A DNA stretch of 64,000 bases from Tubiluchus corallicola (lineage: Eukaryota; Animalia; Priapulida). The position numbers and the translations under genes are program-made. The stretch covers positions 6,140 through 70,139 of the forward strand of contig JAQGDQ010001015.1 in NCBI GenBank assembly GCA_030141605.1. The letters are read 5' to 3'. How positions within the stretch are numbered: position 1 is the stretch's first letter; every line of letters starts with the position of its first letter. The notes beneath the pieces are model-generated. The model was not told the origin of the DNA. It saw nothing but the letters and a program-made list of their open reading frames with translations, and searched no databases. Below are positions 51,991-64,000 of the stretch, piece after piece.

Positions 51991-54900
51991 GTATGAGCTG
52001 CCAAACGTGTTCAATACATCACAAATTAACACATGTGAATTTAGAGGTACATCACCTGTTTTTTGCGTTTCCGAAATGCAGACACTAGTGCCCAACTAAC
52101 TAGCGATTGGCAAAATGCACGTAACAGTGAAGAACTAGTGGCGTGAATATGAAATTGTTTTTGCGTGGTAATAATTCTTTTACGTAAGTCATTTTTTGAA
52201 GAAAATAGTATGTTTCTTTTCAGTATTTTAAAGACTAGATTGTTTTGACCTACAGTGTAAGAGTTAGCCCAGTTTTTCTTTAAATCTCTATTGTTACCTG
52301 TGCGAAATCAAACTTATTATCAATAAATATATAAGCTTTATATAATCCTTATCTGCCCAGTAATCAGCATTAGGTTTTCACAGTCATTATCTAATTAATG
52401 ACATTATTAATTACAGCTAATTAGTTTGCATTTGTTTTGTAGCTTATTTCAGTCCTGTCTGCATTGTCAGAGTTGCCAAATATCTGCGGTTATGCCCAGG
52501 TTTACAAAAGACAAATCAAAAATCAAAATTAAGACAAAATTTATAGTCTTTAGCTACGTTTTAATGTTCTTTACGTTAATTGGAATTGACACATTTTTCT
52601 GATCAACAAGTGGTTAATTTTAGTTTAATCCTTTTATTTTACTAGGCGTATTGTTGCTTTATAAATACCATGGCGAATGTCTTAAACTGCAGATACCAGC
52701 ATTTCTCTCACATGCCAGAAAAAGGCTGTTAGATTCTGAAGCTTTATTCTCAGATAACATCTCACTGTTCGCATAGCGCAGGTAAAATTTACTTAATGAC
52801 AGATCAATTTCAGACAAAGCTTCTCTGTACATCAACAAAAATGTTAACCCCCTTGACTATGCATGAACAAAGGTGTTTATCAGACTTAAAGCTGCTTATC
52901 TGTAGAATGATTGCCAGAAATTATCCTAATATCTTTTTAAACGCACTGAACACCAGACTGACACAAATCCTAGCAATTTAAGCAGATTATCTTTGTAAGA
53001 GAAAGTCGGCGTCTATTCTGTACATCAGAAATTACCCTTTTTCACTAGACTATGCAGAACGCATCAACAAAGCAGTTAGTCGGATAACTAACAGAATTCA
53101 TTCAGCTGCTCAGAAATCGCCTGACAAAAAGAACTTTACAAACGCGCATTTACTAACTGAAAACCCAGAGCTAATAATTATTGTTTGACTTAAGAAAAGT
53201 TCCCGACTTTTAACAATCAAATTTCAATGTTTATCACACCCCCGTCATTCTTTTGCTTGTTTTTCTAGATTACGGCACAATTTAAGCACAATTTATATCC
53301 CTCAAATCGCTCGTTATCCCTTAAACAGTTAATTTTTTTACTCTTTAATTTTGATTTGAAACACTCTTTCACCTTTCTCTAATAGTAAGGGTAGAGGACA
53401 GGGAGGGAGGCTCATGAGTGGAATGCGCAAGTGCCTCTCTTGACCGAAATCTGCTAATGTCATATAAATGGAGGGCTTCGTATTTGATTTTATGTCAAAT
53501 GCAAAGAAGATTTTTCTACAGTCATACAAGACTTATTGTAATTTGACAATGATACACCAATGTCATGATTAAGCATCTCATTATCCCAGCGTCCAAAGCT
53601 GGTGATTGAGGGACTTAAGATTTCAAAGCTTTTTTGTTTACTGCTTGTGGCTAGAGTGCAGGCGGTAATGACAGCTCAATTTACAAACACGACTCGCCCG
53701 TCTCAACAACAAAAGCTTAACTATACGTCTTCTCTTCCTGAGAAAATTTCCTCCTTAATGAAACGTTGTTCCTTGTGGCACTCCACTGGCAATCATCTGG
53801 TAAAAGCTGAGGCAATCCAAGCATGTATACGACCACGTACACAATATTTAAAAAAAATCAAAGCATAAAACCTTGTGTGTGACCACAGTCCAGAAATTAA
53901 CACCAGCATAACTGTCCTGTATGGGCGAGCTTCAGAACTGGTGAGGTACAACGTGACGACGGAGTTTGTTGTAATTCTCATGGTTCTGCTGGCAAGGACT
54001 GAGAACATAGGTTAGGTATTAAGTCTTTTTATTGTAACTCAGGTAAAGGAGAAGCACTGAGATGGTAAAATGATGACTAAGCATCTTATATTCAAATTTA
54101 TACCATAAAATTATTTATATTACTCGCCAACAATATAAATAAATTTAAGAAATTTTTGAGAAAAATTAACTTGAAATTTTACTTGAAAACGTGTGACATG
54201 ATAAATCGAATAACATGCAAATATTTGTTATCATAATTATATACTTCCACTACACTAATTAAGTGTTCATCCTTTTACCTGGTCTTTTGCTTTACTTGCT
54301 CATATTTGTGTGTTTTTTAATGTATTAAGCGAGTATTCTTTATTTTTAGTTGTAATTTTGCATTATACGTTACGTATTTTATGTTTTTAATGGACATATA
54401 AGTCACTTTATCTTCTGTTAATTATCAATTTGGTCTGTCTATTATAAATAATAAATGTTTATAAAAAAGTAATAAATAAAAACAGGTATATCATGAATAA
54501 AACAAATAGCTTGCGCTCGCCTTATCTGTGGCAAAGTGTGATACTAATGTCAGTAACCGTTTTTTCTGTGACCCCAACATTACTGATCACTGAAATACTA
54601 AAAATTGAGAATGACATAGATGACTAGCATTTATTTGTATATTGTGATCAAACAACCCAAAATTTAATAATATAATAATCGTGGATGATAAGTTTATCTG
54701 AAAGATTCAATATTAGCAATAACCAAACTTACATCACAAAAAGAAAAAGTACATATAAATAAATGAAAATACCAAAGAAATAGTTGATGAAAGATGTCAT
54801 TACATTCAACGTACTAGCTAACAAATATCAATGGAAACTGGTTAGGTTCGTCTGACTTACGTACCAACAGCCAGGCATCTGACCACGAACCCAGAAGTGC

Positions 54901-54992
54901 AGAGCCTAAATATAAGACTAATGCTACAAATAGAAATCAAGCAACAATTAGTATTCAAGTGTCAAGAGGAACTTGCAAAACCTTTAAGAAAA

Positions 54993-56513
54993 TAGCAATA
55001 CTTTTAAGCTTTAGTGAATTAACGATTATACGATCCTTCAGGTCACTAGCAACACTTCTGAACTTTACTGAATTAACGATTATACGTCCTTCAGCTCACT
55101 AGCAACACTTCTAAGCTTTACTGAATTAACGATTATACGATCCTTCAGGTCACTAGCAACACTTCTGAGCTTTACTGAATTAACGATTATACGATCCATC
55201 AGGTCACTAGCAACACTTCGAAGCTTTACTGAATTAACGATTATACGATCCTTCAGGTCACTAGCAACACTTCTGAGCTTTACCGAATTAACAATTATAC
55301 GATCCTTCAGTCACTAGCAATACTTCTGAACTTTACTGAATTAACGATTATACGATCCTTCAGGTCACTAGCAATACTTCTGAACTTTACTGAATTAACG
55401 ATTATACATCCTTCAGCTCACTAGCAACACTTCTAAGCTTTACTGAATTAACGATTATACGATCCATCATGTCACTAGCAACACTTCTAAGCTTTACTGA
55501 ATTAACGATTATACGATCCTTCAGGTCACTAGCAACACTTCTAAGCTTTACTGAATTAATGATTATGCGATCCTTCACGTCACTAGCAATACTTTTGAAC
55601 TTTACTGAATTAATGATTATGCGATCCTTCAAGTCACTAGCAACACTTCTGAACTTTACTGAATTAATGATTATGCGATCCTTCAAGTCACTAGCAATAC
55701 TTTTGAACTTTACTGAATTAACGATTATACGTTCCTTCAGGTCACTAGCAACACTTCTGAGCTTTACTGAATTAACGATTATACTATCCTTCAGGTCACT
55801 AGCAACACTTCTGAACTTTACTGAATTAATGATTATGCGATCTTTCAAGTCACTAGCAACACTTCTGAACTTTACTGAATTAACGATTATACGATCCTCC
55901 AGGTCACTACCAATACTTCTGAACTTTACTGAATTAACGATTATACGATTCTTCAGGTCACTAGCAACACTTCTGAGCTTTACTGAATTAACGATTATAC
56001 GATCCTTCAGGTCACTAGCAATACTTCTGAGCTTTACTGAATTAACGATTATACGAGCCTTCAGGTCACTAGCAACACTTCTGAGCTTTACTGAATTAAC
56101 GATTATACGATCCTTCAGGTCACTAGCAATACTTCTGAACTTTACTGAATTAACGATTATACGATCCTTCAGGTCACTAGCAATACTTCTGAACTTTACT
56201 GAATTAACGATTATACGATTCTTCAGATCACTAGCAATACTTCTGAACTTTACTTAATTAACGATTATACGATCCTTCAGGTCACTAGCAACACTTCTGA
56301 ATTTTACTGAATTAACGATTTACGATCCTTCAGGTCACTAGCAACACTTCTGAGCTTTACTGAATTAATGATTATACGATCCTGCAGGTCACTAGCAACA
56401 CTTCTGAACTTTACTGAACTAACGATTATATGATTCTTCAGGTCACTAGCAACACTTCTGAACTTTACTGAATTAACGATTATACGATCCTTCAGGTCAC
56501 TAGCAATACTTTT
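54993..56513. repeat. 54-bp minisatellite, ~28 copies
   Basis: Unit ctttactgaattaacgattatacgatccttcaggtcactagcaacacttctgag, head-to-tail with no spacers and occasional 1-bp indels. Confidence 0.98.
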
Positions 56514-56741
56514 ACTAGGAATACTATTATTCCGGGTTTGAATAAATGTGCAAAACTGAGTCAGAATATTGTTAATTACAGAAAACATAATAGATACTGC
56601 AACTTCGAACTTTTGCACATAACATTAGATTATCATATATATATATATGTTTAGCTTTAAAATTCGGAAAAGTGTATTAATGTGTGCGTTACAATTACCC
56701 TAAGAAGATTGGAAAACAAACTGCCGAGTGAACATTAATAG

Positions 56742-57725
56742 ATGACTACCATGTTTCGTGCAACAAGTTGTAAATCTTTATTCACTCTACAGAATTTTTA
56801 TAGCGTTATTAAATTCATATCAGCGAGAGTTGCAATTAGTGGAGCCATTTTCTGTCTAAATGTTGACTGGAGTCCAGTAAAACCTTTAGCACCTCACAAT
56901 TCTGATGAAATCTTATTATTACAATATGGCGGAACAACATTTGACAATAGATCACTTGTTGATCACATAAGAAATCACTGGTTGATCGGACCTCCTGCAG
57001 AACCATCATCTGGTGTTGTGGCAGATAAATCTCTGTTCAACATGTCATCTGTGGTTGACAAATTGCTAAAGCAAAGGAAAGGTGGATTTTTTGTGGAATG
57101 TGGTGCTGCTGATGGAACTGAATCTAATTCTCGTTTATTTGAAAGGAATCGGGGCTGGACTGGTCTTCTAATTGAACCAAACCCAAAATTATTCAAAACT
57201 TTGTTAAATGAAAAACGCAATGCATATTTTATAAACGCTTGTTTAAGTCCAAATGAAAAGTCAGATAAACTGAGTTTTACAGCAGCTGCTTTAGTTGGTG
57301 GCTTGAGAAACCCGATGGATCCAAATCGAGACAAACGAATCAAGAGATGGTTTAGAGGTTTTGCAGAAATAGAAACTGTTCAATGTTTCTCACTTTACTC
57401 TATAATGCTAGCACTTGGTAAAAGCCACATTGATTATTTCTCTTTGGACATAGAAGGTGGTGAGTTTTTAATATTAGAAACTATACCTTTTGATAAACTC
57501 ACTATAGATATATTCACTATAGAGTATGCATCATCGAATGAGATTGACCGAGACATAGAATGGACCTTGACAAGATTGAACAGCCTTCGTAATTTTATGG
57601 AAAAAACAGGATTTTATAAGGAAGTGGCAATTGTTCCACCTGGTGATGAGGAACGTGGACATGACGTAATATTTCTGCGTAAAGATGCTATGCGCAAATT
57701 GCACAAAGTAACATATGATAGCTAG
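56742..57725 (+). CDS. Star-like / FkbM-family (Methyltransf_21) SAM-dependent methyltransferase, 327 aa, single exon
   Basis: GFFVECGAADG..SNS, GWTGLLIEPNP, INACLS, VQCFSLYSIMLALG, IDYFSLDIEGGE and IDIFTIEY. Weakly hydrophobic N-terminus. Intact ORF. Confidence 0.92.
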   Translation: MTTMFRATSCKSLFTLQNFYSVIKFISARVAISGAIFCLNVDWSPVKPLAPHNSDEILLLQYGGTTFDNRSLVDHIRNHWLIGPPAEPSSGVVADKSLFNMSSVVDKLLKQRKGGFFVECGAADGTESNSRLFERNRGWTGLLIEPNPKLFKTLLNEKRNAYFINACLSPNEKSDKLSFTAAALVGGLRNPMDPNRDKRIKRWFRGFAEIETVQCFSLYSIMLALGKSHIDYFSLDIEGGEFLILETIPFDKLTIDIFTIEYASSNEIDRDIEWTLTRLNSLRNFMEKTGFYKEVAIVPPGDEERGHDVIFLRKDAMRKLHKVTYDS

Positions 57726-59579
57726 TATTGTTTTTACCAAAATTATTTTTGAGATTTTGACATCATTTTATTCAGTTTCCATTATTGTCCCCATCATCAC
57801 TATTATCATCGCCATTGTCGTCGCCCTGAGCGACTGGAAAGTCATTAACCTGGTTGTGCACATAATTTGACATCTTCATCATCAATACAATGGACATGTT
57901 GCAATATACAGGAAAAATTTCTGTACTTTATGCCTTAATTAAGTAAGTAGGTTTACAGGAGGAGATACTTGTGTACATGTACAGCATCTTCAATTCTTAA
58001 GCTGATACAACGCATCGTTTCTACGGCAAATTTCACACAAATGACTCAAGAGGAATTTTCAGCGTGATTTTCGTCTTGGGGAATTCCTGGTTAAAACAGG
58101 AATCACTAGATTATTCTTTGTCATACCAAAAAATCTGAACATGCAAAATTAGTTTAAAAATAATTTGAGATTACTCTTAACATTTTATTTGAAAATACAC
58201 TGGTATAATCACACAATTTCATGTAGATGGTATACGGATACCTAGGGAACAAAGATCTTGTGTCATGTGTATGCAATGCAAGTCCTCCAGCTGTACAGTC
58301 TGAACATCATATGTTATGTTTTATGTTATCATATTCTATAAAATTCATCATATACTATGAGAAGACACTGATATTAACTTTAATTCCCTATGTAATATTT
58401 TTAATACTAACAATGTAGTTGATAATATAAATACATTATCTTTATCAACATTCATTCAAAATTTAGCAATCTGTTCATATCATTTAATCTTACAGTTCTC
58501 TACAAATAAGTCTTGTAAATTAAGCCTTCATTTTAATTGAGTGTTATATTTGTGATACTTTTTATCTTTTTTACTGTTGTAAAACATTGTAAAACATTTT
58601 GTTGTAAACAATTCGCATTGTAAGCCTGCGTTTTTATCAGTGGGACCATTTAAACTCATCGTTACCTGATCTAAAACCAAATTAATCCCTAGTGATGCAA
58701 AGTTTGCATGCCTATCTTACAGGTATACAATTATACAAACAGGACAATAATTATCAGTTTTTGCCTCATTTTTTAAAAAAATAATGTTTTGCCATTTTGA
58801 TATATTTCATTACTTTTTATAATTGTTATTTTTTGATATCATATAACTATGAATTAAATATTATTTTTAAACTATTCTGATAGTAATCTTACGAAATCTA
58901 ACAAGCTATTATTATTCTTCAGATTAAATAAAATAGATCTCTATTACACAGTACACTAATTAGCTTTACACTTAAACGTGTGTAGACTATAAACTGCTGA
59001 CAGATAACACACCAAACAGAAGAAAGGCATGAAAATTCTATTTGCGTTTAAATGGGTAAACGATGAGAAAGCTTGCATGTTTGCCTAACAAATCATAATC
59101 AAGTTTGTATAAGAGATCATAAAATCGTGGGAAACAAAAACTACATGGGTCTAAACACAAGACAGCCTTTTCAATGAAACAAGCAGTGGGACAATTTAGA
59201 TCCAAAATTCTGCTCATTTCCTTAAAAGCATAAAACAGGGCCACCCGACATCTTTCCATTAGTTGCCACATGAGTATCTTTGCAGCTAGAACAGATATCA
59301 AGACGTTTCTGTTTCAGGCGACTTTTCGTATATTTTATGATCAAGGAACCAAGCAGTGTTTGAACATTTTGTGTACGCAGCAGCATCCATCTTGAAAGCG
59401 AATTGCAGGCATCGATAGTTAACTTTATACAACATTTCTTAGACTAATGTGTGGGAAAACCGTGCCATGTTTCATGCCAATGATTGAAAATGTATCAAAG
59501 TACTAGAATTATGTAGGTAAGTTATCACAGAGTTTTACCCTACAAGTTTGGTGATGCAATAACAGCAGGCAAACCAGGA

Positions 59580-60030
59580 TTTAAAAATCTGCATAATTTG
59601 CCAAGAGAACACTGGTAATGACGTTAAATTTCCATACAAATGACAAAGTCGTGTCAGATCTCATTGCACATAATTCTTGTTGGCCTGGGTCCTCAAAACT
59701 TAACCCATTTACAATACACAAAACTGGGTGGTGCAAGGAAGCAATATAAAGCATTCTAAGGACAGGTCACCCGATGCAGACCTAAAGTAAATCTGGTATT
59801 TCTAAACATTCTTGGAGTTTGACAAGTTTTGCCTCTTCAGCTGGCGATATTTGTTCCTTCTGCCAAAAACTTTCTGAAGAAGTTCAACTTAGACAGTTTT
59901 CAACATTCAACATAGACAGGCAAGTTTTGAGTGCGCTGCACTAGTAAAGGATGAACACTTACTCAAACGTCTCAGTGATGGAGACATAATTGTCTTAAAA
60001 GAAAATACCACTCAGATTCACACTGTTGTC
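59580..60030 (+). mobile_element. Remnant of a large invertebrate DNA-transposon-associated ORF (N-terminus)
   Basis: Frameshifted KICIICQENTG ... ICSFC...LRQFSTFNID ... DEHLLKRLSDGDII...YH resembles the C..CQ and 'D..LL..LS.GDL.A.EAKYH..C' motifs. Superfamily not assigned. Confidence 0.45.
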
Positions 60031-60259
60031 AAGACCGCCCCCCCCCCCATAAAATGCTCAATGGCAAAGCCTTTGTTAAACTTATGACTTTTATCCCGCA
60101 AAGCATGTTGGAGGATTAAGGAGCAGCAACTGCAAACGTCTTTTCTAAAACAAATCTTGTTTCCTACAGCTTCTGTTGACAAAACTGATGTCAGTAAGAG
60201 TTCAACAACAGCTTAAGAACTGGTGAGTAAAGACAATGTATGAACACTGTGTGGTTTAG

Positions 60260-60574
60260 TAACCCCTGGGGGGGGTGCTCGACTCCTTCATTTTTCCCAC
60301 CACCTTTCAAATAATGAGATGTTCCTTGGGTGGCTATTTTCCTAACTCTAGCTGCAAACCCTAGCTCTAACCCTCCAAATATTGGAATTATCCAAATAAT
60401 GTCCACTCCTATCTGCTAACCCTTGCTGCAAACCCTACTCTAACCCTCCAAATAATGGACCTGTCCAAACCCCCAGCAGATAATTACAACCCTAACCGTT
60501 AACCTTTCAGTGAGATTCGAACAGCAAATCGATTGCGTGCGAGTCCTCCCCCTTACCACCTAGGCCATGCCGTC
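60260..60574 (-). mobile_element. tRNA-derived SINE-like element with a GGGTTAG-rich body
   Basis: Minus strand has A box TGGCCTAGGTGG and B box GTTCGAATC, followed by ggttagggtt and duplicated ggagggttagag.tagggtttgcagc units. Confidence 0.6.
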
Positions 60575-61348
60575 TTTGATTGGTGAAATGTGCTGTTAAT
60601 GCTCTAGCTGTATCGATAATTTTGTATCCCTATCTCATTGTATGTTTAGCAGAGCAGATGCGTGTTAACATCGCATGCATAAATTTCACTACCATCGGGT
60701 TGCATTCCGTTAATGACACGTGATTGTCATTCACGTAAATGTGCACCAGCAGCTTAGGGTAAGAATCTGTTTAGTAACCCTAACAAGTTGGTACTCGTAA
60801 ATCTTCCCACGTGTGATGAGGTGTGTTGCGTAATAGTACTGTCTAATTGATATTAATGGAAGCTAGGAGTCACTCGGCTTTCGATTAAGTTTTTGTCGGC
60901 TGCAACAAATGGTGTCTTACGTGCAAGTAAATGGAGTGGTGCACTTCAAGTCAATTCGATTATTAGCACACAAACGCTTCAAATCGTTTTATTTATTTAT
61001 TAGCATACATTCTATTAACGTACAAATGTGATGGTACATTTCAAATCATTCTATTCGCATACATGCTTCAAATTATTTTGTTTGTTAGCAAAATGTTTAT
61101 TCCTCCTCCTCCTCTCCCACCCTTTCTCTCTCCCAGGAGGAAGAAAGGGGAGACGATTGGGAAGGGTCCATCACTCGCCGTCGTCGCTCTCATCACCTCT
61201 CGCAGCACTACATAGTCTTTTCATCAGCAACACTTCTGTCTAGAAAAACGGCTGAAAATTGCACACCAGCTGCTCTAGCGACGAGTAACTTTAATACACA
61301 GTTTTGTAGATAAGTTGTAGCATAATTGAAATGTTTCGTTTTGTGCCC

Positions 61349-61852
61349 GCAACTTGCACCATTAGTAGACATTATATTCGGAAAGAGCTGTAGTAAGTAG
61401 CTGTAGTTTGCACCATTAGTAGAGATTTTATTCAGAAAGAGCTGCACCATTAGTAGACATTTTATTTAGAAAGAGCTGTAGCAAGTAGCTGCAGTTTGTA
61501 CCATTAGTAGAGATTTTATTCAGAAAGAGCTGCACCATTAGCAGACATTTTTTTAGAAAGAGCTGTAGTAAGTAGCTGCAGTTTGTACGATTAGTAGAGA
61601 TTTTATTCAGAAAGAGCTGCACCATTAGTAGACATTTTATTCAGAAAGAGCTGTAGTAAGTAGGAGCAACTTGCACCATTAGTAGAGATTTTATTCAGAA
61701 AGAGCTGTAGTAAGTAGGAGCAACTTGCACCATTAGTAGAGATTTTATTCAGAAAGAGCTGTAGTAAGTAGCTGCAGTATGCACCATTAGCAGTGATTTT
61801 ATTCAGAAAGAGCTGTAGTAAGTAGCTGCAGTGTGCACCATTAGTAGACATT
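61349..61852. repeat. Minisatellite with 54-bp and 34-bp units and a higher-order arrangement
   Basis: Core gcaccattagtagagattttattcagaaagagct (34 bp), with or without a 20-bp extension gtagtaagtagctgcagttt. About three 54+34 pairs, then about four 54-bp units. Confidence 0.95.
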
Positions 61853-61915
61853 AGGTACGATTGTTTAGATCTGTTCAGAAAACTATAGTTTAGATAAGCG
61901 CTGCTGAATAAGCTA

Positions 61916-62857
61916 TTAATCATAAGCCATTTTACGCATAAACACAACATCTTGTCCATGTTCGTCTTTACCAGGAGGCAAAACACCGACCTCCTCATAC
62001 ATGTCTGTCCATTGCATAAACCTGCGGATGTTTTCCGGTTTTCTCAGCGTTACATCTGTATCAATGTGTGTGCCGTTTGTAGAAAAGTATTCAATTGTCA
62101 TAACATCTATTTTAAGTTTATCAAGAGGAATTGTTCGCAGAACATCAAGTTCTGATCCTTCAATGTCCAGGGAAAAATAATCAATATGCATTTGGTCCAG
62201 AGCTAGCATTACTGAATATAAGGGAAAACATTGTACAGTTTGGACATCTACAAATCCTTTAAAACGTTTCTTCATTCTCTTATCTCGGTTTGGATCAGGT
62301 GCATTTACGAGAGCTCCACTAGTTTGAGCCATCGTGAAGCGCAGTTTAGTTGTCTCTTTATTGGGACTTAGACAAGTATTCAACAAATATGCATTTCGCT
62401 TTTGATTTAACAATTTTTCAAACACTTTTGGATTTGGTTCAATCAGAAGTCCTGTCCAACCGCGATTTCTTTCAAGAAATAATGTATTTGAAATTGATCC
62501 ATCGAAGGCACCACACTCCACGTAAAATCCAGCGTTTTTTTGTTTAAGTAATTTATCCACAAATGTGGACTGTTTAACCTGTGATGTATCTGCCACAAAA
62601 TCTGTTGAAGGATTTTCTGATGGTCCAATTATCCAATGCTCTTTGATGTGCCGCAGCAGTCTTTCATTATCAAATGCTGTGCCACCATATTGTATTCGCA
62701 AGATATCTTCTGCACTTTCAAAATTGTTACCCGTTTTACATGATGGTTCCCTTTTGCATTTTTCTGTATATAAACCAATTGTAAGAAAGGAAGCAGAAAC
62801 TGTTATCAAAATGACATGGCAATAAATAACACGAGTCATTTTAAAGCACAAACACAC
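61916..62857 (-). CDS. Star-like / FkbM-family methyltransferase paralog, type II membrane (likely ATG at 62839)
   Basis: TM VIYCHVILITVSASFLTIGLY; GFYVECGAFDG.ISNT, GWTGLLIEPNP, VQCFPLYSVMLAL and IDYFSLDIEGSE. Colinear with 56742-57725. Confidence 0.93.
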   Translation of the reverse strand: MCLCFKMTRVIYCHVILITVSASFLTIGLYTEKCKREPSCKTGNNFESAEDILRIQYGGTAFDNERLLRHIKEHWIIGPSENPSTDFVADTSQVKQSTFVDKLLKQKNAGFYVECGAFDGSISNTLFLERNRGWTGLLIEPNPKVFEKLLNQKRNAYLLNTCLSPNKETTKLRFTMAQTSGALVNAPDPNRDKRMKKRFKGFVDVQTVQCFPLYSVMLALDQMHIDYFSLDIEGSELDVLRTIPLDKLKIDVMTIEYFSTNGTHIDTDVTLRKPENIRRFMQWTDMYEEVGVLPPGKDEHGQDVVFMRKMAYD

Positions 62858-63116
62858 AAGCCCTTAATGGATGTACATTAATAAGACTTTCTGTTCCTCA
62901 GTTGCTTGTTATGCGGTATTCTGTGGTGGATTTTAATGACACTAAAAGCACTGAGAACGAAAGAATAAGGCAAAACACATTTTATAAAAAACGAGAGTTT
63001 TCTGTAAAATGCGAGACTAATATTATACAAATTTATAAGGATTTATACGCTGCTTATGTCACCGTGCATCGCTGGGTAATCGGCCAACGCAAATCGGCCG
63101 AAAAAATCCTCTGCTG

Positions 63117-63644
63117 TTGAAATCACACACGCGCTTGCACACGCGCATACATTATTTGCCTTTTATGCTAAAAGGTGGTTTGCATTACGAAAATGGGTAC
63201 ATTGTGAAAAGGCAGCGTAATATTGCAGTTTTTATAGCAATAGCCAGCGCTTTCAAAGAAAGACTTACTAGAAGAAACAATCTCAGAAAAACCTGGCTGA
63301 ATGGTTCACACATGAACCGAGATATTGCTTACAGATTTTTTACTGATAAATATGATAATTCAGGCAAAAATATCAGTTACCTGCACATGGAGAAACTGAA
63401 AAATGAACAACTTCATTATGGTGATTTAACATTCACTGAAGTTCCATCGGGTTTAAACAATGCACGTAGATTACTGTGGATTATGGGATGGGCTATTGAA
63501 AGATACAACTTTACTTACTTCATGAAGGTTGATGATGACGTATTTGTTTGTATGGAGAGACTCCTGGCAGAGCTTCCATTTCGACCAAAAAAACTTCTTT
63601 GCTGGGGAAGCGTAAACTGTCGTCCTGGAGTAGATTTCCTCTAA
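63117..63644 (+). CDS. GT31 beta-1,3-galactosyltransferase-like, partial exon or pseudogene
   Basis: VFIAIASA...RRNNLRKTW, YRFF, LKNEQLHYGDL, W..W and YFMKVDDDVFV (DxD). The ORF stops before the expected C-terminal half, and no clear start or TM is seen. Confidence 0.75.
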   Translation: MKSHTRLHTRIHYLPFMLKGGLHYENGYIVKRQRNIAVFIAIASAFKERLTRRNNLRKTWLNGSHMNRDIAYRFFTDKYDNSGKNISYLHMEKLKNEQLHYGDLTFTEVPSGLNNARRLLWIMGWAIERYNFTYFMKVDDDVFVCMERLLAELPFRPKKLLCWGSVNCRPGVDFL

Positions 63645-64000
63645 TCTCTTATAATGCCTACATGAATTTTTTGAAAGTGACCATTTTTTAAGTTAAAAAC
63701 AAGTAAAGTTGCTTAAGTGAAATGAGTTTGCTTTAAGGACATTGCTGCTGGGAAATATAGGGCCTAAATTGTATCCCATTCGAGTATCATATTGAAGCTG
63801 ATTATCATATTGAAGCTCTTTGAGTACAATGTGCCAAAACGTAGAACTAACACATGAAAATCTTAAAGCTATGTATAATACAATGCAACTAACTGTTTAT
63901 TTGTAACAGCCCGTCGCTACAGGTTTGTCATTATTCGGATCTGTAAGCAAGCAGAGTAATTGCAGCAGTCACAATTTTTTAGCTGTGCAGCAGGATGAGA

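Noticed and set aside
53430-54010. Possible coding remnant (less AT-rich stretch with short ORFs)
   Set aside because: No recognisable motif in the frames I examined.
54993-56513. CRISPR array, or an 18-aa repeat protein (ORFs 55469-56257 and 55402-55848)
   Set aside because: Units are contiguous with no unique spacers and there are no cas genes. Single-base indels break the frame repeatedly, so the ORFs are by-products of a 3n period.
56742-62857. Bacterial contamination or recent horizontal transfer of the FkbM genes
   Set aside because: They are embedded among eukaryotic repeats, at least one has a type II TM anchor, and the motifs match the animal Star-like subfamily. No operon features.

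Overview
AT-rich eukaryotic genomic DNA, most likely from a marine invertebrate; nothing here looks prokaryotic. There are three clearly intact, single-exon host ORFs: an alpha-1,3/4-fucosyltransferase (GT10, 38670-39839) and two convergent Star-like/FkbM SAM-dependent methyltransferase paralogs (56742-57725 and 61916-62857). A partial GT31 (beta-1,3-galactosyltransferase-type) ORF sits head-to-head with the second paralog. Together these look like a local glycan-modification cluster, and the methyltransferases are candidates for animal glycan O-methylation. Much of 1-8.1 kb and 15.9-28.8 kb is a dispersed repeat family that the ORF track misses. Translated by hand through stops and frameshifts, it gives LRR, LRR-CT, TM and TIR-like motifs, consistent with a shuffled graveyard of Toll-like-receptor pseudogene fragments on both strands. 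Also present: two decayed class-A GPCR pseudogenes in a tandem duplication; a nearly full-length inactivated LINE (SGNH ORF1, 2A-like motif, APE, RT) and three older LINE fragments; two Polinton/Maverick-like fragments, one with in-frame spliceosomal introns; solo LTRs, one carrying heat-shock elements; tRNA-derived SINEs, one with a degenerate hammerhead-like tail; two 54-bp-period minisatellites; and several microsatellites. Boundaries of degenerate elements are approximate and were placed by eye.
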